Of a stretch of DNA of 64,000 nt, positions 38,989 to 49,897 are shown one piece after another; position 1 is the first letter of the stretch; every line of letters starts with the position of its first letter. The DNA is taken from the NCBI GenBank assembly GCA_963820525.1, contig CAWGAA010000001.1, positions 800,001 to 864,000 on the forward strand, read 5' to 3'. Both the position numbers and the translations under genes were made by a program. Origin of the DNA: an uncultured Spirochaetota bacterium (lineage in GTDB: Bacteria; Spirochaetota; Spirochaetia; SZUA-6; Fen-1364). Below the pieces are notes generated by a model that was not told the DNA's origin, did not search any database, and saw only the letters and a list, made by a program, of their open reading frames with translations.

Positions 38989-40760
38989 TCTGTGCCCCCC
39001 TTTGCCGGAGGTTTCCGCCCGGTGAAGAGGATAGCGGGTTGGAGAGCCTTGTCCAGGTCGAGCTCGGGTCCGAACTCTCCGGGCTGGACGAGCAGATCAT
39101 AGAGGTGGGGGAAGTTTCGAAGGCTCGTGAGGATGGGATTGGCTGAAGTCTGCCCCAGGCCGCAGCGACTCATCCTCTCCACGGTCTGTCCCAGCTTTTC
39201 CAGCTCCGCGAGGTCGGCCCGCACCGCCTTTCCTGCCAGGATCTTGTCCAGCTTCTTCAGCAGCAGGGAGGTGCCGATTCGGCAGGGATCACACCAGCCG
39301 CAGGACTCCTCCACGAAGAAAGCCGTGAAGGCGCGCACAATGCGAAGCACGTCGCGGCTCTCGTCGAACATCATCACGGCGCCGCCCGTCGGCACGTCCT
39401 CGAAGCATATCCGCCTTCCCAGGTCCTTCGCGGCCAGACATTGGCCCGACGGACCTCCCACCTGAACCGCCTGCACCCTTCGCGCCCCCACCGTCTCCAG
39501 CAGCCTGTCGATCACGATCCCGAACTCAAGCTCGTACACCCCCGGACGATCGCAATCCCCCGATACGCTCAGGAGCTTCGTCCCCGTCGAATCCTTGGTG
39601 CCCATCGCGGCGAACCACTCGGCGCCCCGCTCCATGACCCGCGCGGCTGCGCACAGGGTCTCGGCGTTGTTCACGGCTGTGGGCTGATTCTTGAATCCCT
39701 GCTGAACGGGATACGGAGGCCTGTCCCTGGGAGCGCCGCGCTTGCCTTCCAGAGACTCGATGAGGGAGGACTCCTCCCCGCACACGTACGCTCCGGCCCC
39801 GAGCTGGACGCGGATATCGTAATCAAAGCCTTCGCGCCCGCAGACCGAGGAGCCCAAGAGCCCAAGCCTCCGTCTGCGCTCAAGCGCCTGCTCGAGTGAA
39901 TCACGGAGGTACGCGTACTCGCCGCGGAGATACAGGATGCCCTCCCTCGCCCCGAGGGCGTATCCCGCCACCGTCATCCCCTCGAAAAGGAGATCAGGGG
40001 CTTCGGCGAGGATGACCCGGTCCTTGAAGGTGCCCGGCTCCCCCTCGTCGCAGTTGCAGAGCAGATAATGGGCTTCTCCCGGCGCTTTGCGGCAGAGGCT
40101 CCACTTCATCGCCGTCGGAAAGCCCGCCCCACCTCTTCCCCGAAGCCGGGATTTGCCGATCTGCTCGATCACTCCTTCGGGGCTCATGTTCAGGGCGGCC
40201 CTGATGGCGGCGCCCCGTTCCATGGGCGAAAAGATCACCGGGCCAGCTTGGCGGATATTGCTTTCCACCCGTGTTGCGTGAAAGGGGGAGCCCGGGGCCG
40301 CGCGGAGGGCTTTCACGATTTTCTTCGCGTCCTTGGGCGCGATGTTTGTGAGCACGTCGCTGCCTATCAGCGCCGCCGGAGACTGGTCGCACATCCCGAT
40401 GCAGGAGGTGTGGGCGAGGGAGATCTCGTTATCCGATCCGGCCTGCCCGAAACGCGTCCCCGTTTCCTTCTCCAGCGCCCGTTCCACCTCTTCGGCGCCC
40501 CGCAGCGCGCCCGCCACGCAGGTGCTGAGACGGATCGTCGCCTTTCCCTCGGGCTCAAGCGAGATGAAGGAGTAGAAGCTCAAGCAGTCCCTCACCTCCA
40601 CGGGCCTCAGGCCCAGAGCCTGGGCGATTTCGCTCACGGACTGCCGGCCGACGAAGCCGAACCGAGCCTGCACTTCACGTGCAACGTCGAGCAGCCGCGT
40701 ACTGTCATTGCCGAATCGCTTTGCGATTTCCCCCACGATTGAAGAGGTGTCATCAGGCAT
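38985..40760 (-). CDS. hoxF: Diaphorase flavoprotein subunit (NuoE/NuoF-like)
   Basis: LRGRGGAGF, CNCDEGEPGTFKDR, GAGAYVCGEE, ESCGWCDPCRIG. Confidence 0.92.
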   Translation of the reverse strand: MPDDTSSIVGEIAKRFGNDSTRLLDVAREVQARFGFVGRQSVSEIAQALGLRPVEVRDCLSFYSFISLEPEGKATIRLSTCVAGALRGAEEVERALEKETGTRFGQAGSDNEISLAHTSCIGMCDQSPAALIGSDVLTNIAPKDAKKIVKALRAAPGSPFHATRVESNIRQAGPVIFSPMERGAAIRAALNMSPEGVIEQIGKSRLRGRGGAGFPTAMKWSLCRKAPGEAHYLLCNCDEGEPGTFKDRVILAEAPDLLFEGMTVAGYALGAREGILYLRGEYAYLRDSLEQALERRRRLGLLGSSVCGREGFDYDIRVQLGAGAYVCGEESSLIESLEGKRGAPRDRPPYPVQQGFKNQPTAVNNAETLCAAARVMERGAEWFAAMGTKDSTGTKLLSVSGDCDRPGVYELEFGIVIDRLLETVGARRVQAVQVGGPSGQCLAAKDLGRRICFEDVPTGGAVMMFDESRDVLRIVRAFTAFFVEESCGWCDPCRIGTSLLLKKLDKILAGKAVRADLAELEKLGQTVERMSRCGLGQTSANPILTSLRNFPHLYDLLVQPGEFGPELDLDKALQPAILFTGRKPPAKGGTE

Positions 40761-40976
40761 GTCCGCCTCCTTCCCCGGAAGGCCAGTCAACGGCTCGCCT
40801 CGAGGGCGGCCACCATGGAGAAAGCGGTCTCGCAACAGCCGGCCGAGGCGGCCGGCGAGCAGATTTCTATTCAGCCATTGAACAGGGGAAGCGGAGCGTT
40901 GTCAAGGTTCGGCCGCCGCTGTGTCAAGGCCGCAGCTGCCGCCGTCCGGAGCCGGACGGCCGCGCGGGTGAGCGGA

Positions 40977-42092
40977 TCATTTCCCGAAAGCCGCGATCCC
41001 CGTCTCAAGCTCCCCGCGACCCGCCGGGTTGTCCGGCAGCGCGCCTGCGGATTGCACGGCCGCGATGACATAATCCCGGACCAGGCTCTCCGGAATCCTC
41101 ATCATCGCGGGGTAATCCAGGTCCGCGGTGAGGACCACCACCAGATCGTAGACGGGAAGAACGAATATCCGCTGGCCCCCGTATCCATCGGCGTCGTATC
41201 CGCCAAACGGCGTCACCCACCAGTGCAGGGCGTACCCCTGCCCTTCCAGCGCATCCATCCGCCGCGCCGTGGACTCCCGAACCCAGGAGGCGGGAACGAT
41301 CTCGATCGCCATCCATCGTCCCTCCCGCAGGTAGAGGTAACCGAAGCGGGCCATGTCCCGGCTGGTCATTCTGACTGCGTACCCGCCGAACGAAGTGCCG
41401 TCGGAGGCGGTAGGCCAGATGGCGCTCGTAATGCCGAGAGGACCGAGGAGGTTCTCCCGGGCGAAGTCAGCCTCCTTCTTCCCGGTGACCTTCTGGAGTA
41501 TCGCGGAAATCACCTCGGAGCCGCCGGTGTTGTAGTTCCAGCGGCTCCCCGGCACGGCTTCAAGCGGGCGGCTCAATACGAAGCCCACCCTATCGGGCTC
41601 CTTCTCCATCTTGAGAAGACTGTCGGATGCATTCGGAGACTCCCATTCATCCCATGCCAGACCACTGGTCATGCCCAGGAGCTGGGCGATAGTGATCGAT
41701 GCCTTGCGGGGATCATCAGCCCCATCTGCAGGGAAGAAGTCGATAACCTTCTGCTCGATACTCTGGAGCAGTCCCTTCCGCAGGGCAATGCCGATGAGAG
41801 CCGACGTCAGACTCTTGGTGCAGGAGTTGATGGGCTGCGGCGCTTCCGCGGAAAAGCCTCTCGCGTAGGCTTCCAGCGCTACTTTGCCATGCCGAACCAC
41901 CAGCACGGAATGAAGCGCGATCCGGCTGCTGATCACATACCGGAGCATCTTTGCCAGGACGGAGGAGCTCATCCCGACGTTTTCCGGCGAAGCGTATCTC
42001 CAGGCGGCGCCGGGCCATTGGCCCGTTTGCGTCCAGGCGAGCGCGGAAACAAGGAGAAGAAGCGCCGAAAGGAAAGCATCCCGCGCTCTCAA
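40977..42092 (-). CDS. Secreted serine hydrolase, beta-lactamase class C-like family
   Basis: SCTK (SxxK), YNT, signal peptide. Confidence 0.88.
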   Translation of the reverse strand: MRARDAFLSALLLLVSALAWTQTGQWPGAAWRYASPENVGMSSSVLAKMLRYVISSRIALHSVLVVRHGKVALEAYARGFSAEAPQPINSCTKSLTSALIGIALRKGLLQSIEQKVIDFFPADGADDPRKASITIAQLLGMTSGLAWDEWESPNASDSLLKMEKEPDRVGFVLSRPLEAVPGSRWNYNTGGSEVISAILQKVTGKKEADFARENLLGPLGITSAIWPTASDGTSFGGYAVRMTSRDMARFGYLYLREGRWMAIEIVPASWVRESTARRMDALEGQGYALHWWVTPFGGYDADGYGGQRIFVLPVYDLVVVLTADLDYPAMMRIPESLVRDYVIAAVQSAGALPDNPAGRGELETGIAAFGK

Positions 42093-42095
42093 GCT

Positions 42096-42761
42096 TCAGC
42101 GCCTGGCCACTAAGAGCGGGTACTCCCTGCTCAACGCCGCGACCTTGGGGCGGTCCCACATCAGGATATATGGGTAATCCGGGTTTTTGTCCATGAAATG
42201 CTGGTGATAGTCCTCCGCTGGATAGAACGCTTCGAAGGGCACCAGTTGCGTCACAAGAGGATCCGAGAAGACGCCCGCGCGCCCGATGTCGCGGATATAA
42301 TCCTGCGCCACCCGCTTCTGCGCGTCGTTCATATAGAAGATCGCGGAGCGGTACTGAGTCCCATGGTCGGGACCCTGAAAGTTGAGCTCCGTCGGGTCGT
42401 GCGCGACGGAGAAGAATACCTGGAGGATCGTTCCAAAGGAGATGACGGACGGATTGTAGGTGATCTGGATCGATTCGGCATGGCCCGTGGATCCCGAGCT
42501 CACCATCTCATAATGGGCCGTTTCCTTGTCCCCGCCGGAATACCCGGAGACGACATCAGAAACGCCCTTGAGCCGCTCGAATACGCCTTCCATGCCCCAG
42601 AAGCAGCCCCCCGCCAGCACAACGACCTGAGTCCCCTTGGTCAGGGCGGGGTCGTCAGCCGGAGGATCCGGGAAGCTTGCCTCGGCGCGAGCCGCGCCGC
42701 TGAGAAAGAGGGTCGCAAACGCCAGAAAGGCGGCCAGAGGAAGCGTGAGAAATGCTTTCAT
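42096..42761 (-). CDS. msrA: Peptide methionine sulfoxide reductase A, exported
   Basis: GGCFWG, GHAE, HDPT, QYRSAIF, AEDYHQ; signal peptide. Confidence 0.93.
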   Translation of the reverse strand: MKAFLTLPLAAFLAFATLFLSGAARAEASFPDPPADDPALTKGTQVVVLAGGCFWGMEGVFERLKGVSDVVSGYSGGDKETAHYEMVSSGSTGHAESIQITYNPSVISFGTILQVFFSVAHDPTELNFQGPDHGTQYRSAIFYMNDAQKRVAQDYIRDIGRAGVFSDPLVTQLVPFEAFYPAEDYHQHFMDKNPDYPYILMWDRPKVAALSREYPLLVARR

Positions 42762-42929
42762 GAAAGTACTCCTGATCAAATATTTGCACTGCTGGGAGGA
42801 GAGTCAAGGCATTTAGGAAGCGATGGGGGCGGATCGGCCTCCCAAGGCGGCCGAAAAGGGCAAACCGGCCGTTCGGGGGGACCCGCCCCGCGGCACCGGA
42901 ATTTGACAGGAGCCGAAGCGAAACTATAA

Positions 42930-44456
42930 TTGAGAGGAGGTAGAGGGAGGGTCAGAGCCGCGGAGGGCTACGAGGCCGTCTACAGGAAAATTCGGGAAGC
43001 GCAAAGGCCGCCGTCGCTCTCCGCGAGGACCGTCGTAACTACGCCACGCTTCCTCTCCTATTACTTCCGCGAGATGCCGCGGATAGCCTCCTGGGCGAGG
43101 AGCTCCGCGCTCATCGACTTCTCGTTCCTGAAGCTCCGTCCCCTCCTTGCCTCCGATTTCAAGAAACGTCTCGACGAGCTTTTCCTCACCAATGTGCTTC
43201 CCGTCTATCCGCTTGTGGCGGAGATACTGAACGAGGGGTGGCGGTGGTGGCAGATCCTTTCGATCAGGGAATACAACACCGTCGTGCTCCTGGCCGACTT
43301 CAGCAAGAAAATGCTCGCCATCGAGCAATCGAAGAGACTGGCGTCAAACGATTTCATCAAGATGGTGGAGGCATATCTGCGGATCGCCAACCGCGCCGAA
43401 TACCCGGCCGCCCTCGTTTCCATTTTTACGCGGATCACGCAGGCAATCCCCCACGGCAGGGACGTCGTGGAGTCCCGGAGGATCGTCGAGAACCTGAAAT
43501 GCTTCTTCGATCCCGCCTGCCTCAGCCCTTCCTTCAACGACATGATCCTCGCCTACACGATGGTGGCATGCCGGCGCTTCGTCGAATGGGCCGACATCGT
43601 TCGGCCGAACCTCCCTCCCTTCGTCCAGGAGCTGTATTACGACTGCTCGCGGGAGGTTTTCGCGCGAATTCTCGAGTATCTCAGGCACCTCGAGCGCGAA
43701 ATCGACTCCCTGCAGAAGCAGAAAACCACGCTGGAATGGATCCAGGGTGCCGTAGATGAGGATGTTTCCGAAATGGTCACATCCTTCTACGCCGAGCTGG
43801 GCCGTACCTGGCATCTGGACAACGGCGACGCACATCTCCTGCTCATCTCGCTTTTGAGGGGCATCTCGCGGGCGCTGGAGGGACTTCTGGGCGATGGCTG
43901 GCAGGTCATGACGGGAAGAGAGAAGCTCTTGCGCATGAAAATCGTCTCCGATGCCGAGCTCAGCGCGTCGGTGGAGAAGCTCACATCGCTTGTCGATTCC
44001 GCCGGCGCGCGCTACAAGGCCTCGTCACCGCAGGGGATCCCCCTCGCCCGGTACCTGAGCACGGGATACCGCGCATCCCTCTTTCCGGGAGAGAACATCC
44101 ACGCCGTTGAGACCGCCCTCTCCGCCGCCCTCGACACGCTCTTCGAGATATCCCTTCTCATGAGAGACATCGCCGGCGGCTCGCGCGGTGATTACGCCGG
44201 CGAGTTCTACACCACACACATGGTGGACAGCCCGATCCGGTGGCGCGGAAAATCCGTCTCCGACGTGCTCGTCTTTCACATCGAGCTCGCCCTTCACGCG
44301 TGCTCCCTTTTCAAGGCCCGCGCCCTTTCGCGCGAGCTCGGCAGAATCCAGCTCGTGAACCAAAACCTTGACAAACTCTGCAGAGAAAAGAAGAATCTGG
44401 ATTCTTCGGGGACCCTCGGGGAATACGTGAAAGCAATGGAGAGCGCGCAGGCATAA
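42930..44456 (+). CDS. Hypothetical protein (start uncertain)
   Basis: Long ORF with core codon usage; stop 2 nt before the next start. Confidence 0.75.
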   Translation: MRGGRGRVRAAEGYEAVYRKIREAQRPPSLSARTVVTTPRFLSYYFREMPRIASWARSSALIDFSFLKLRPLLASDFKKRLDELFLTNVLPVYPLVAEILNEGWRWWQILSIREYNTVVLLADFSKKMLAIEQSKRLASNDFIKMVEAYLRIANRAEYPAALVSIFTRITQAIPHGRDVVESRRIVENLKCFFDPACLSPSFNDMILAYTMVACRRFVEWADIVRPNLPPFVQELYYDCSREVFARILEYLRHLEREIDSLQKQKTTLEWIQGAVDEDVSEMVTSFYAELGRTWHLDNGDAHLLLISLLRGISRALEGLLGDGWQVMTGREKLLRMKIVSDAELSASVEKLTSLVDSAGARYKASSPQGIPLARYLSTGYRASLFPGENIHAVETALSAALDTLFEISLLMRDIAGGSRGDYAGEFYTTHMVDSPIRWRGKSVSDVLVFHIELALHACSLFKARALSRELGRIQLVNQNLDKLCREKKNLDSSGTLGEYVKAMESAQA

Positions 44457-44458
44457 GC

Positions 44459-44863
44459 ATGGATCAGTCCGGTCCTTCCCCCGAGACGCCCGCCATCCCC
44501 GCGTTCAAGAAGATCCTCGTAGTCGACGACATCGTGTATGTCGTAAAATCCATCACCAAGATCCTCAGGGATGAAGGGTACTTCATCCTCACCGCAACGA
44601 CAGGGAAGGAAGCCCTGGACAAGTACAGAAAGTATTCCCCCGAGCTCATGACGATCGACCAGAAGCTGCCCGACATGACGGGCCTCCAGCTCGTCGACGC
44701 GATACTCTCCCTCAAGTCGGATCCCCCTCCCAAGGTCATCTTCATCTCATCCGTGTACGACCGAAAGGAGATCGAGCGAATCATGAAGCACAAGATCGAC
44801 GATTATCTCCTGAAGCCGTTCCAAAAGAGCAAGCTCATCGAAGCCGTAAAGAGGCTGATATGA
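44459..44863 (+). CDS. Single-domain response regulator
   Basis: ILVVDD, IDQKLPDMTG, LKPF. Confidence 0.9.
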   Translation: MDQSGPSPETPAIPAFKKILVVDDIVYVVKSITKILRDEGYFILTATTGKEALDKYRKYSPELMTIDQKLPDMTGLQLVDAILSLKSDPPPKVIFISSVYDRKEIERIMKHKIDDYLLKPFQKSKLIEAVKRLI

Positions 44864-44900
44864 GGGCCGCCCGCCGGTGCATCGGATAGAGGCGGCGTGC

Positions 44901-47282
44901 ATGTCAGAAGACGTGACGACGCGATTCGATCCCGCACACGAGAAACAGGAGTTGAGCTGCCTCCACATCAGCTCGCTCCTCCGATACCTGGACGGCAGGC
45001 TCGGCCCCGAGCGGGTGGCCCAGGCGGTCGAGCCCCTGGGGCTTCCCCTCGCGTACCTGCGCAACACCGGCAATTGGGTATCCTTCGAGTTCACAAACTC
45101 CCTGATGGCAAAGCTGGTGGAAGCGACGGAAGACGAACAGGCCCCCTACAAGGCCGCTTTCAGCGTCAGGCCCCGGGAGCTGCGCGACTCCATGCTTTTC
45201 GCCGCGGGGGCGGCGATCCTGTCGGGATCTCCCAAGGCCGCCTATCGGATCAGCCTGGGATCCGACTCCTACAAACGCTGGATGAGGATCGGGGAGTTTT
45301 CCATCCTCGAATCATCCCCGACGTCCATGCGAGTGTCTCTGACCCTGAAAGAGGGGTATCGACAGACCCGCGCCTTCTGCCTCGCCGTTCAGGGGATGCT
45401 GGCAAGCGTGCCCCTGGCGATCGGGCTTCCGAAGGCCTCCATCCAGGAGATCCAATGCGCCGCGGAAGGAGCAGCCGGCTGCATGTACCTGGTGAAGTGG
45501 AAGAACAGGTCGAACAGGCCCCTCCTCTACGGCCTTCCTCTGTTGGCGGTCCTGCTCGCGGTGGAAGCCGTGTTCACCCCGTCGCTCTTTCACGTCCATG
45601 ACATCGCGATCACGTTTCTTTCGATTTCCACCCTGATGCTCCTGGCGCGCACCTTCCAATTCCGTAAATCGCTCCGCCAGGAGGAGAGCCTTTCGCAGGA
45701 ACGGGACGAGCTTCTCGTGAAGGCTCTGAAAAAGATCGAAAAAGACTACAGGCAGCTCTTCGAAATCCAGAGCCGTCTCGAGGAACGGACCCAGTTCCTT
45801 TCCATTGTCAATGAGGTGGCGGCAAGCATCTCGAGGGAGGCAAGCCTTCCCTCCCTCGTGGCCAATGTCGCAGCCTTGCTGCGGCAGCGCCTCGGTTTCT
45901 TCAAGGGAGAGTTCTTCCAGTATGACGAGCCCAACCGCCGGTACCTCTCCTTTATCAAGAAGGGCGCCATTCTCCCGGAAAGCGAATACCTCTCGCTTGA
46001 GACGAGACGCTTCAGCGTGCCCGCCTCCAACGTGAGCGCCGAGGCGTTTCCCACCATCCATGCCTGGCGCCGGACATCGAGCGCAGACCTGTACATCATG
46101 CCGGTCTTCGCCCCCGAGGCGTTCTCCGGCTTCTACTGCTTTCTCTCGGAATCGTCGCGCTCAAGCTCCCTCTCGCTCGTCGAGCCGCTTTTCGAGAGCA
46201 TCGCAAGTCAGTTGAAGGTGGCATTCCTGAAGATCGCCTCGAAAAACGTGATCGACACGATCCTGGCGAGCATCCCCGCGTACGTGCTCATCTTCAACCG
46301 CGATACCCTGATCGTGCGCTACGTGAACAAGCATTTCATGCAGTCCTTCACGAAGAGCGAAGCCGCGGCGGTGGGCTCCCCCCTCTTCTCGCTTTTTCCC
46401 TTCGCACCCGAGGCCCTCGGAAACATCGAATCGATCGCGCGCGGCATCGAGATGAGCGGGCGTTCCGCCGTCTTCGAGGCGGCCATCGGACCAAGCGTCT
46501 ACGAGTACAGCGTGTTCGCCATCCCGCAGGCGAGCGAGGGGGAGCGGCTCGCCGGGATCATCATCTCCGACATCAGCGAGGCGAAGTACTTCCAGAAGAA
46601 CCTCCTCATCAATGAAAAGCTTCTCGCCCTCGGGCGGGTTGCGAGCGGGATCGCCCACGAGATCAACAACCCGCTGTACGCGGTGCTCGCGAACGCGGAG
46701 GAGATCGTCGATGACCAAACGGTGAGCGGGGACTCCCGCGCCCTCGCCCAGGAGATCATCGAGCACGTGATGAACGTCTCCAACGTGATCAGGGACCTTT
46801 CCAACTATTCCAAGAGCCTGCGAAAGGAGGAGCGGACGGACATCGACGTGAACTCCGTGATCGAGGAGTCCCTGGTGCTCGTGAGGTACGGCTCCAACAT
46901 CATGGAAATCGACGTCGAAAAGGATCTCCGCCCGCTGCCTGCCCTCCGCGCCACCAAGGGGGAGATGCAGCAGGTCTTCATCAACATCTTCACGAACGCC
47001 ATCCATGCTATGGAGGGCAAAGGCACCCTTTCCATCCGTTCCCGCTGCGAGCAGGACGGCATCGAGGTGGCAATTTCAGACACCGGCACGGGAATCAGGG
47101 AGAGCGACCTTCCCTACATCTTCGATTTGTTCTTCACCACGAAGAAAACGGGCGAGGGCACGGGACAGGGCCTGTACATCGTCAAGAAGATCATGGCGAG
47201 CTACGGGGGAAGCATAGCCGTGCGAAGCGAGGAGGGGCGCGGGACGACGTTCACCCTCCGTTTCGATTCCAGGAGAAGCTGA
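44901..47282 (+). CDS. Histidine kinase with N-terminal V4R/HNOB-like region, TM helices and GAF/PAS-like regions
   Basis: AHEINNPL, NAIHAM, DTGTGI, GTGQGL; N-terminal FCLAVQG..EIQC..GCMY. Confidence 0.88.
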   Translation: MSEDVTTRFDPAHEKQELSCLHISSLLRYLDGRLGPERVAQAVEPLGLPLAYLRNTGNWVSFEFTNSLMAKLVEATEDEQAPYKAAFSVRPRELRDSMLFAAGAAILSGSPKAAYRISLGSDSYKRWMRIGEFSILESSPTSMRVSLTLKEGYRQTRAFCLAVQGMLASVPLAIGLPKASIQEIQCAAEGAAGCMYLVKWKNRSNRPLLYGLPLLAVLLAVEAVFTPSLFHVHDIAITFLSISTLMLLARTFQFRKSLRQEESLSQERDELLVKALKKIEKDYRQLFEIQSRLEERTQFLSIVNEVAASISREASLPSLVANVAALLRQRLGFFKGEFFQYDEPNRRYLSFIKKGAILPESEYLSLETRRFSVPASNVSAEAFPTIHAWRRTSSADLYIMPVFAPEAFSGFYCFLSESSRSSSLSLVEPLFESIASQLKVAFLKIASKNVIDTILASIPAYVLIFNRDTLIVRYVNKHFMQSFTKSEAAAVGSPLFSLFPFAPEALGNIESIARGIEMSGRSAVFEAAIGPSVYEYSVFAIPQASEGERLAGIIISDISEAKYFQKNLLINEKLLALGRVASGIAHEINNPLYAVLANAEEIVDDQTVSGDSRALAQEIIEHVMNVSNVIRDLSNYSKSLRKEERTDIDVNSVIEESLVLVRYGSNIMEIDVEKDLRPLPALRATKGEMQQVFINIFTNAIHAMEGKGTLSIRSRCEQDGIEVAISDTGTGIRESDLPYIFDLFFTTKKTGEGTGQGLYIVKKIMASYGGSIAVRSEEGRGTTFTLRFDSRRS

Positions 47283-47283
47283 C

Positions 47284-47700
47284 ATGGGCGGCGACGTGAA
47301 ATCACAGGCGAAAAGGCTCCTCGTCATCGATGACGACATCTCCATTCAGAGGAGCATCCGCCGGCAGTTGAAGGCCTCGAGCGCGCTCGACATCGATTTC
47401 GAGGAGAATCCCCTCATGGGGCTTCGCAAGCTCGGCCAAACCCCCTACGACCTCGTGCTCTGCGATATCAAGATGAAACCGGTAAGCGGGCTGGAGCTGC
47501 TGGCGAAGATCAAGAAGCGCCACCCTGCGCTTCCCGTGATCATCCTGACGGGCCTCGTGGACGACCAGATCATCGAGGTTGCCCGCAGGATAGGCTCGAG
47601 CGCGTTTCTCTTCAAGCCGATCAGAAAGAACGAGCTGATCGAATCGATCTACAAGATCCTCAAGCTCCCCTTGACCGCGGCGGGGGGAAGCGAAGAATAG
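47284..47700 (+). CDS. Single-domain response regulator
   Basis: LLVIDDD, LCDIKMKP, FKPI. Confidence 0.9.
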   Translation: MGGDVKSQAKRLLVIDDDISIQRSIRRQLKASSALDIDFEENPLMGLRKLGQTPYDLVLCDIKMKPVSGLELLAKIKKRHPALPVIILTGLVDDQIIEVARRIGSSAFLFKPIRKNELIESIYKILKLPLTAAGGSEE

Positions 47701-47879
47701 GAGCCAGGGGCCCCAACGTGAAGCATGTTTGCAGCTCGAAAGGAAAGCACGATGGCGCGGCGAAGCCGTCATACCGGCGCGGGAAGCCCCCTACCCTCAG
47801 CCGCTCTGCCGCGAAGACGACCGACCGGCCTCGCGGCTTCTCCGAGCTTGCCCTTCGCGACAGAAGGCTCACCCTCGAG

Positions 47880-49838
47880 ATGCATGTCTACCCCTCGCCC
47901 ACGGGGCTTTCCGTGTACGCCCGCGACATCACGGAGCGCATGCGAATCGAGCGGATGCTCGACGATTCGGTGGACCAGATGGCCTCCATCCTGTCCATCA
48001 TCAGCGACGGGTTTTTCGCCGTCGATGAGCGGTGGATCGTGAGGTACTTCAATACCGCGGCAGGAAAGCTCCTCGGAGTCAAGCCCGAGTCTATCGTGGG
48101 AAAGCATCTGATCCAGGAGGCTTTCCCCGAGGCACGGGGCTCGATATTCGAGGAGAATTACGCGAAGGCCCTTTCGGAAAGGAAGCCTGTCGCTTTCGAA
48201 GCGTATTTCGGCATTGCCCCCTACCGGAACTGGTACGACGTGCGCATCTACCCGTTCCGCGGCGGGATCTCCGTGTACTTCCGCGTCACCACCGAGCGCA
48301 GGGAAGCCGAGGAAAGGATGCGCCTCCTGGAGACCGGCTTCGAGAACGTCTCCGACTCGATCGTCATCATGAAGGCGGTGGAACCCGATTCGCCGCGGAT
48401 CGTATACGCAAACCCGGCGTTCTACCGGATGTTCGGCTATGTCCCCTCCGAGGCGGCGGGGGATGCCGAATGGACAAACCCGCTTCACTGGCTCTCCGAT
48501 GAGATGATCCGCCAGATCGGGGATGAATCGCGGGGCAGGGCGCCCCTGCACACGGAGATCCCGGCGACTCGCAAGGACGGGAGCACGTTCCCCATGGAAA
48601 CACGAATCTCTCCGATCCACGGCACCGATGGGGCCTACTCCCACTACATCGCCATCATGCGCGATATCGCGGACAGGAAGCGAATCGAGGAGCAGCTGGC
48701 GCAGTCCCAGAAGATGGAGGCGATCGGCAAGCTGGCCGGGGGAGTCGCCCACGACTTCAACAACCTGCTTACCGTCATCAGCGGCTACTGCGATATCGCT
48801 CTGGACAGCGTGCCCAAGGGACACCCCATCGAGAGCGAGCTGGCCGAGATCAAGCGAGCAGCCCAGCGGGCTACGGGACTCACCTCGCAGCTGCTCGCCT
48901 TCAGCCGCAAACAAATCATGCAGCCGACGGTCTTCAACGTGAACAACCTGATCACGGGCATGGAGCAGATGCTGCGCAGGCTGATCCGGGAGGATATCGA
49001 GCTCGTCATATCCGGCCACCCGGAGCTGTGGAAGATAAGGGCGGACCCGGGACAGATCGAGCAGGTGATCATGAACCTCGTGGTCAACGCGCGCGACGCC
49101 ATGTCCAGCGGCGGCAGGCTCTCCGTAGAGACGGCGAACCAGTCGCTCGACGAGACCTACCGGTGGGAGCATCCGGAGGTCAGACCGGGAGAGTACGTGA
49201 TGGTGGCGGTGAGCGACACGGGGGCCGGAATGGACAAGGGAACCCTTTCTCGGATCTTCGAGCCGTTCTTCACGACAAAGGAGAAAGGAAGGGGAACCGG
49301 CCTTGGACTGCCGACCGCCTACGGCATCATCAAGCAGAGCGACGGCTACATCTTCTGCTACAGCGAGCTCGGCAAGGGAACCACCTTCAAGATCTACCTT
49401 CCCCGCGCCTCTACTGAGGTGGATGGAGAGCTCACCTCCGCGGCCGCGGGCCTCGACTTGAGGGGAAAGGCGACGATCCTCCTTGTGGAGGACGAGGAGG
49501 CGGTGCGCAGCCTCGCCTGCACGGTTCTCACGGCTCAAGGGTATACGGTGATCGAGGCACGCGACGGCGAGGAGGCGCTCTCCCTGATGGGCAAAGGGGG
49601 GCTCGGCGTGGAGCTCCTTCTCACGGACGTCGTGATGCCCCGGATGAACGGCAAAGAGCTGGCGCGCAGGATCTCCGCAATGCTCCCCGGGGTCAGGGTG
49701 CTCTCCATGTCGGGATACACGGAGAACGTGGTGGCCCGGGAGGACATCCTGGGGCCGGGCACCGACTTCATCCAGAAACCGTTCGATACGAAGGCGCTCC
49801 TTCGAAAGATCAAGGAAAACCTCTCGGGCAAGGGATAG
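47880..49838 (+). CDS. PAS-PAS hybrid histidine kinase with receiver (5' end uncertain, possibly truncated)
   Basis: [37 protein letters not shown]. Confidence 0.85.
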   Translation: MHVYPSPTGLSVYARDITERMRIERMLDDSVDQMASILSIISDGFFAVDERWIVRYFNTAAGKLLGVKPESIVGKHLIQEAFPEARGSIFEENYAKALSERKPVAFEAYFGIAPYRNWYDVRIYPFRGGISVYFRVTTERREAEERMRLLETGFENVSDSIVIMKAVEPDSPRIVYANPAFYRMFGYVPSEAAGDAEWTNPLHWLSDEMIRQIGDESRGRAPLHTEIPATRKDGSTFPMETRISPIHGTDGAYSHYIAIMRDIADRKRIEEQLAQSQKMEAIGKLAGGVAHDFNNLLTVISGYCDIALDSVPKGHPIESELAEIKRAAQRATGLTSQLLAFSRKQIMQPTVFNVNNLITGMEQMLRRLIREDIELVISGHPELWKIRADPGQIEQVIMNLVVNARDAMSSGGRLSVETANQSLDETYRWEHPEVRPGEYVMVAVSDTGAGMDKGTLSRIFEPFFTTKEKGRGTGLGLPTAYGIIKQSDGYIFCYSELGKGTTFKIYLPRASTEVDGELTSAAAGLDLRGKATILLVEDEEAVRSLACTVLTAQGYTVIEARDGEEALSLMGKGGLGVELLLTDVVMPRMNGKELARRISAMLPGVRVLSMSGYTENVVAREDILGPGTDFIQKPFDTKALLRKIKENLSGKG

Positions 49839-49897
49839 GGCAGCGCCCAGGACAAGGTGCTTTGCTTTCCGATCGCGGTGGGATAAGATGCCGGGCG

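Noticed and set aside
40977..42092. Antibiotic-resistance beta-lactamase call
   Set aside because: The motifs support only the broad serine hydrolase family; substrate cannot be inferred
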